NCBI GenBank assembly: GCA_021324115.1
Contig: JAJPJS010000022.1
Location: 35,370 to 59,369, forward strand
Direction of reading: 5' to 3'
Source: Nitrososphaerota archaeon
GTDB lineage: Archaea > Thermoproteota > Nitrososphaeria > Conexivisphaerales > DTJL01
DNA: 24,000 nt
Positions 23,814 to 24,000 of this stretch are shown here, piece after piece. The stretch's first letter is position 1. Every line of letters starts with the position of its first letter. The position numbers and the translations under genes are program-made. The notes below the pieces were generated by a model, which made no database searches, was not told the origin of the DNA, and worked only from the letters and a program-made list of their open reading frames with translations.

Positions 23814-24000
23814 TTGAGCACACACCGGAAAAGAGAAGGATACTGGAGAGTATACCATCTCACCCACACCCGTGAACGGGATGAACTGGTAAGAGATATA
23901 GTTACGCTTGTCAGGGAGAATGAACCTCCTCGTAGACAAAGGAGGACAAAGAGGGGAAGAAAGAAAGTCCATTCCTGGCAGAAGCTAATCTGCATCTGCC
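23814..24000 (+). CDS. Possible transposase N-terminus of a different IS, 3'-truncated by the window edge
   Basis: The frame is open from 23811 to the window end: ...RERDELVRDIVTLVRENEPPRRQRRTKRGRKKVHSWQKLICIC. The basic R/K patch followed by HSWxKL resembles N-termini of some archaeal IS transposases. There is no ATG; a TTG lies at 23814. The call is weak. Confidence 0.25.
   Translation, partial: MSTHRKREGYWRVYHLTHTRERDELVRDIVTLVRENEPPRRQRRTKRGRKKVHSWQKLICIC

Overview
This is an archaeal chromosomal segment. PriS, a GINS-like protein, L44e, S27e, aIF2-alpha, Nop10 and AglB are all of archaeal type, and cofE (F420) is present. I cannot assign a lineage from sequence alone.

Positions 1-13.9 kb are a tightly packed housekeeping core:
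- priS-gins-rpl44e-rps27e-eif2a-nop10
- aglB and gcvTH
- cofE and two divergent DUF72 paralogs
- metG, a DUF151 nuclease, trxB and a Y-family polymerase

Every convergent gene pair overlaps at its 3' ends. TATA-like boxes sit about 25 nt upstream of start codons, which suggests leaderless mRNAs.

A tRNA-Leu(UAG) at 13926-14029 carries a 16-nt intron at a non-canonical position. It marks the switch to a lower-GC accessory region (14.0-24.0 kb) that contains:
- a possible integrase N-terminal remnant
- a vapBC pair whose vapC has an in-frame amber codon
- a gap of about 0.8 kb with no convincing gene
- an arsR-acr3-arsC operon
- a PEP-mutase-family gene and an MFS transporter
- an alternating array of decayed IS6-like elements and two divergent archaeal AAA ATPase (Arch_ATPase + DUF234-type) genes

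The most unusual signal is at the two ATPase genes. Each is preceded, at the same distance from an IS end, by two tandem 19-bp units. Each unit is an internal dyad, and the dyads show compensatory changes between the two loci.

All calls rest on reading the translations and motifs by eye. No database searches were run.
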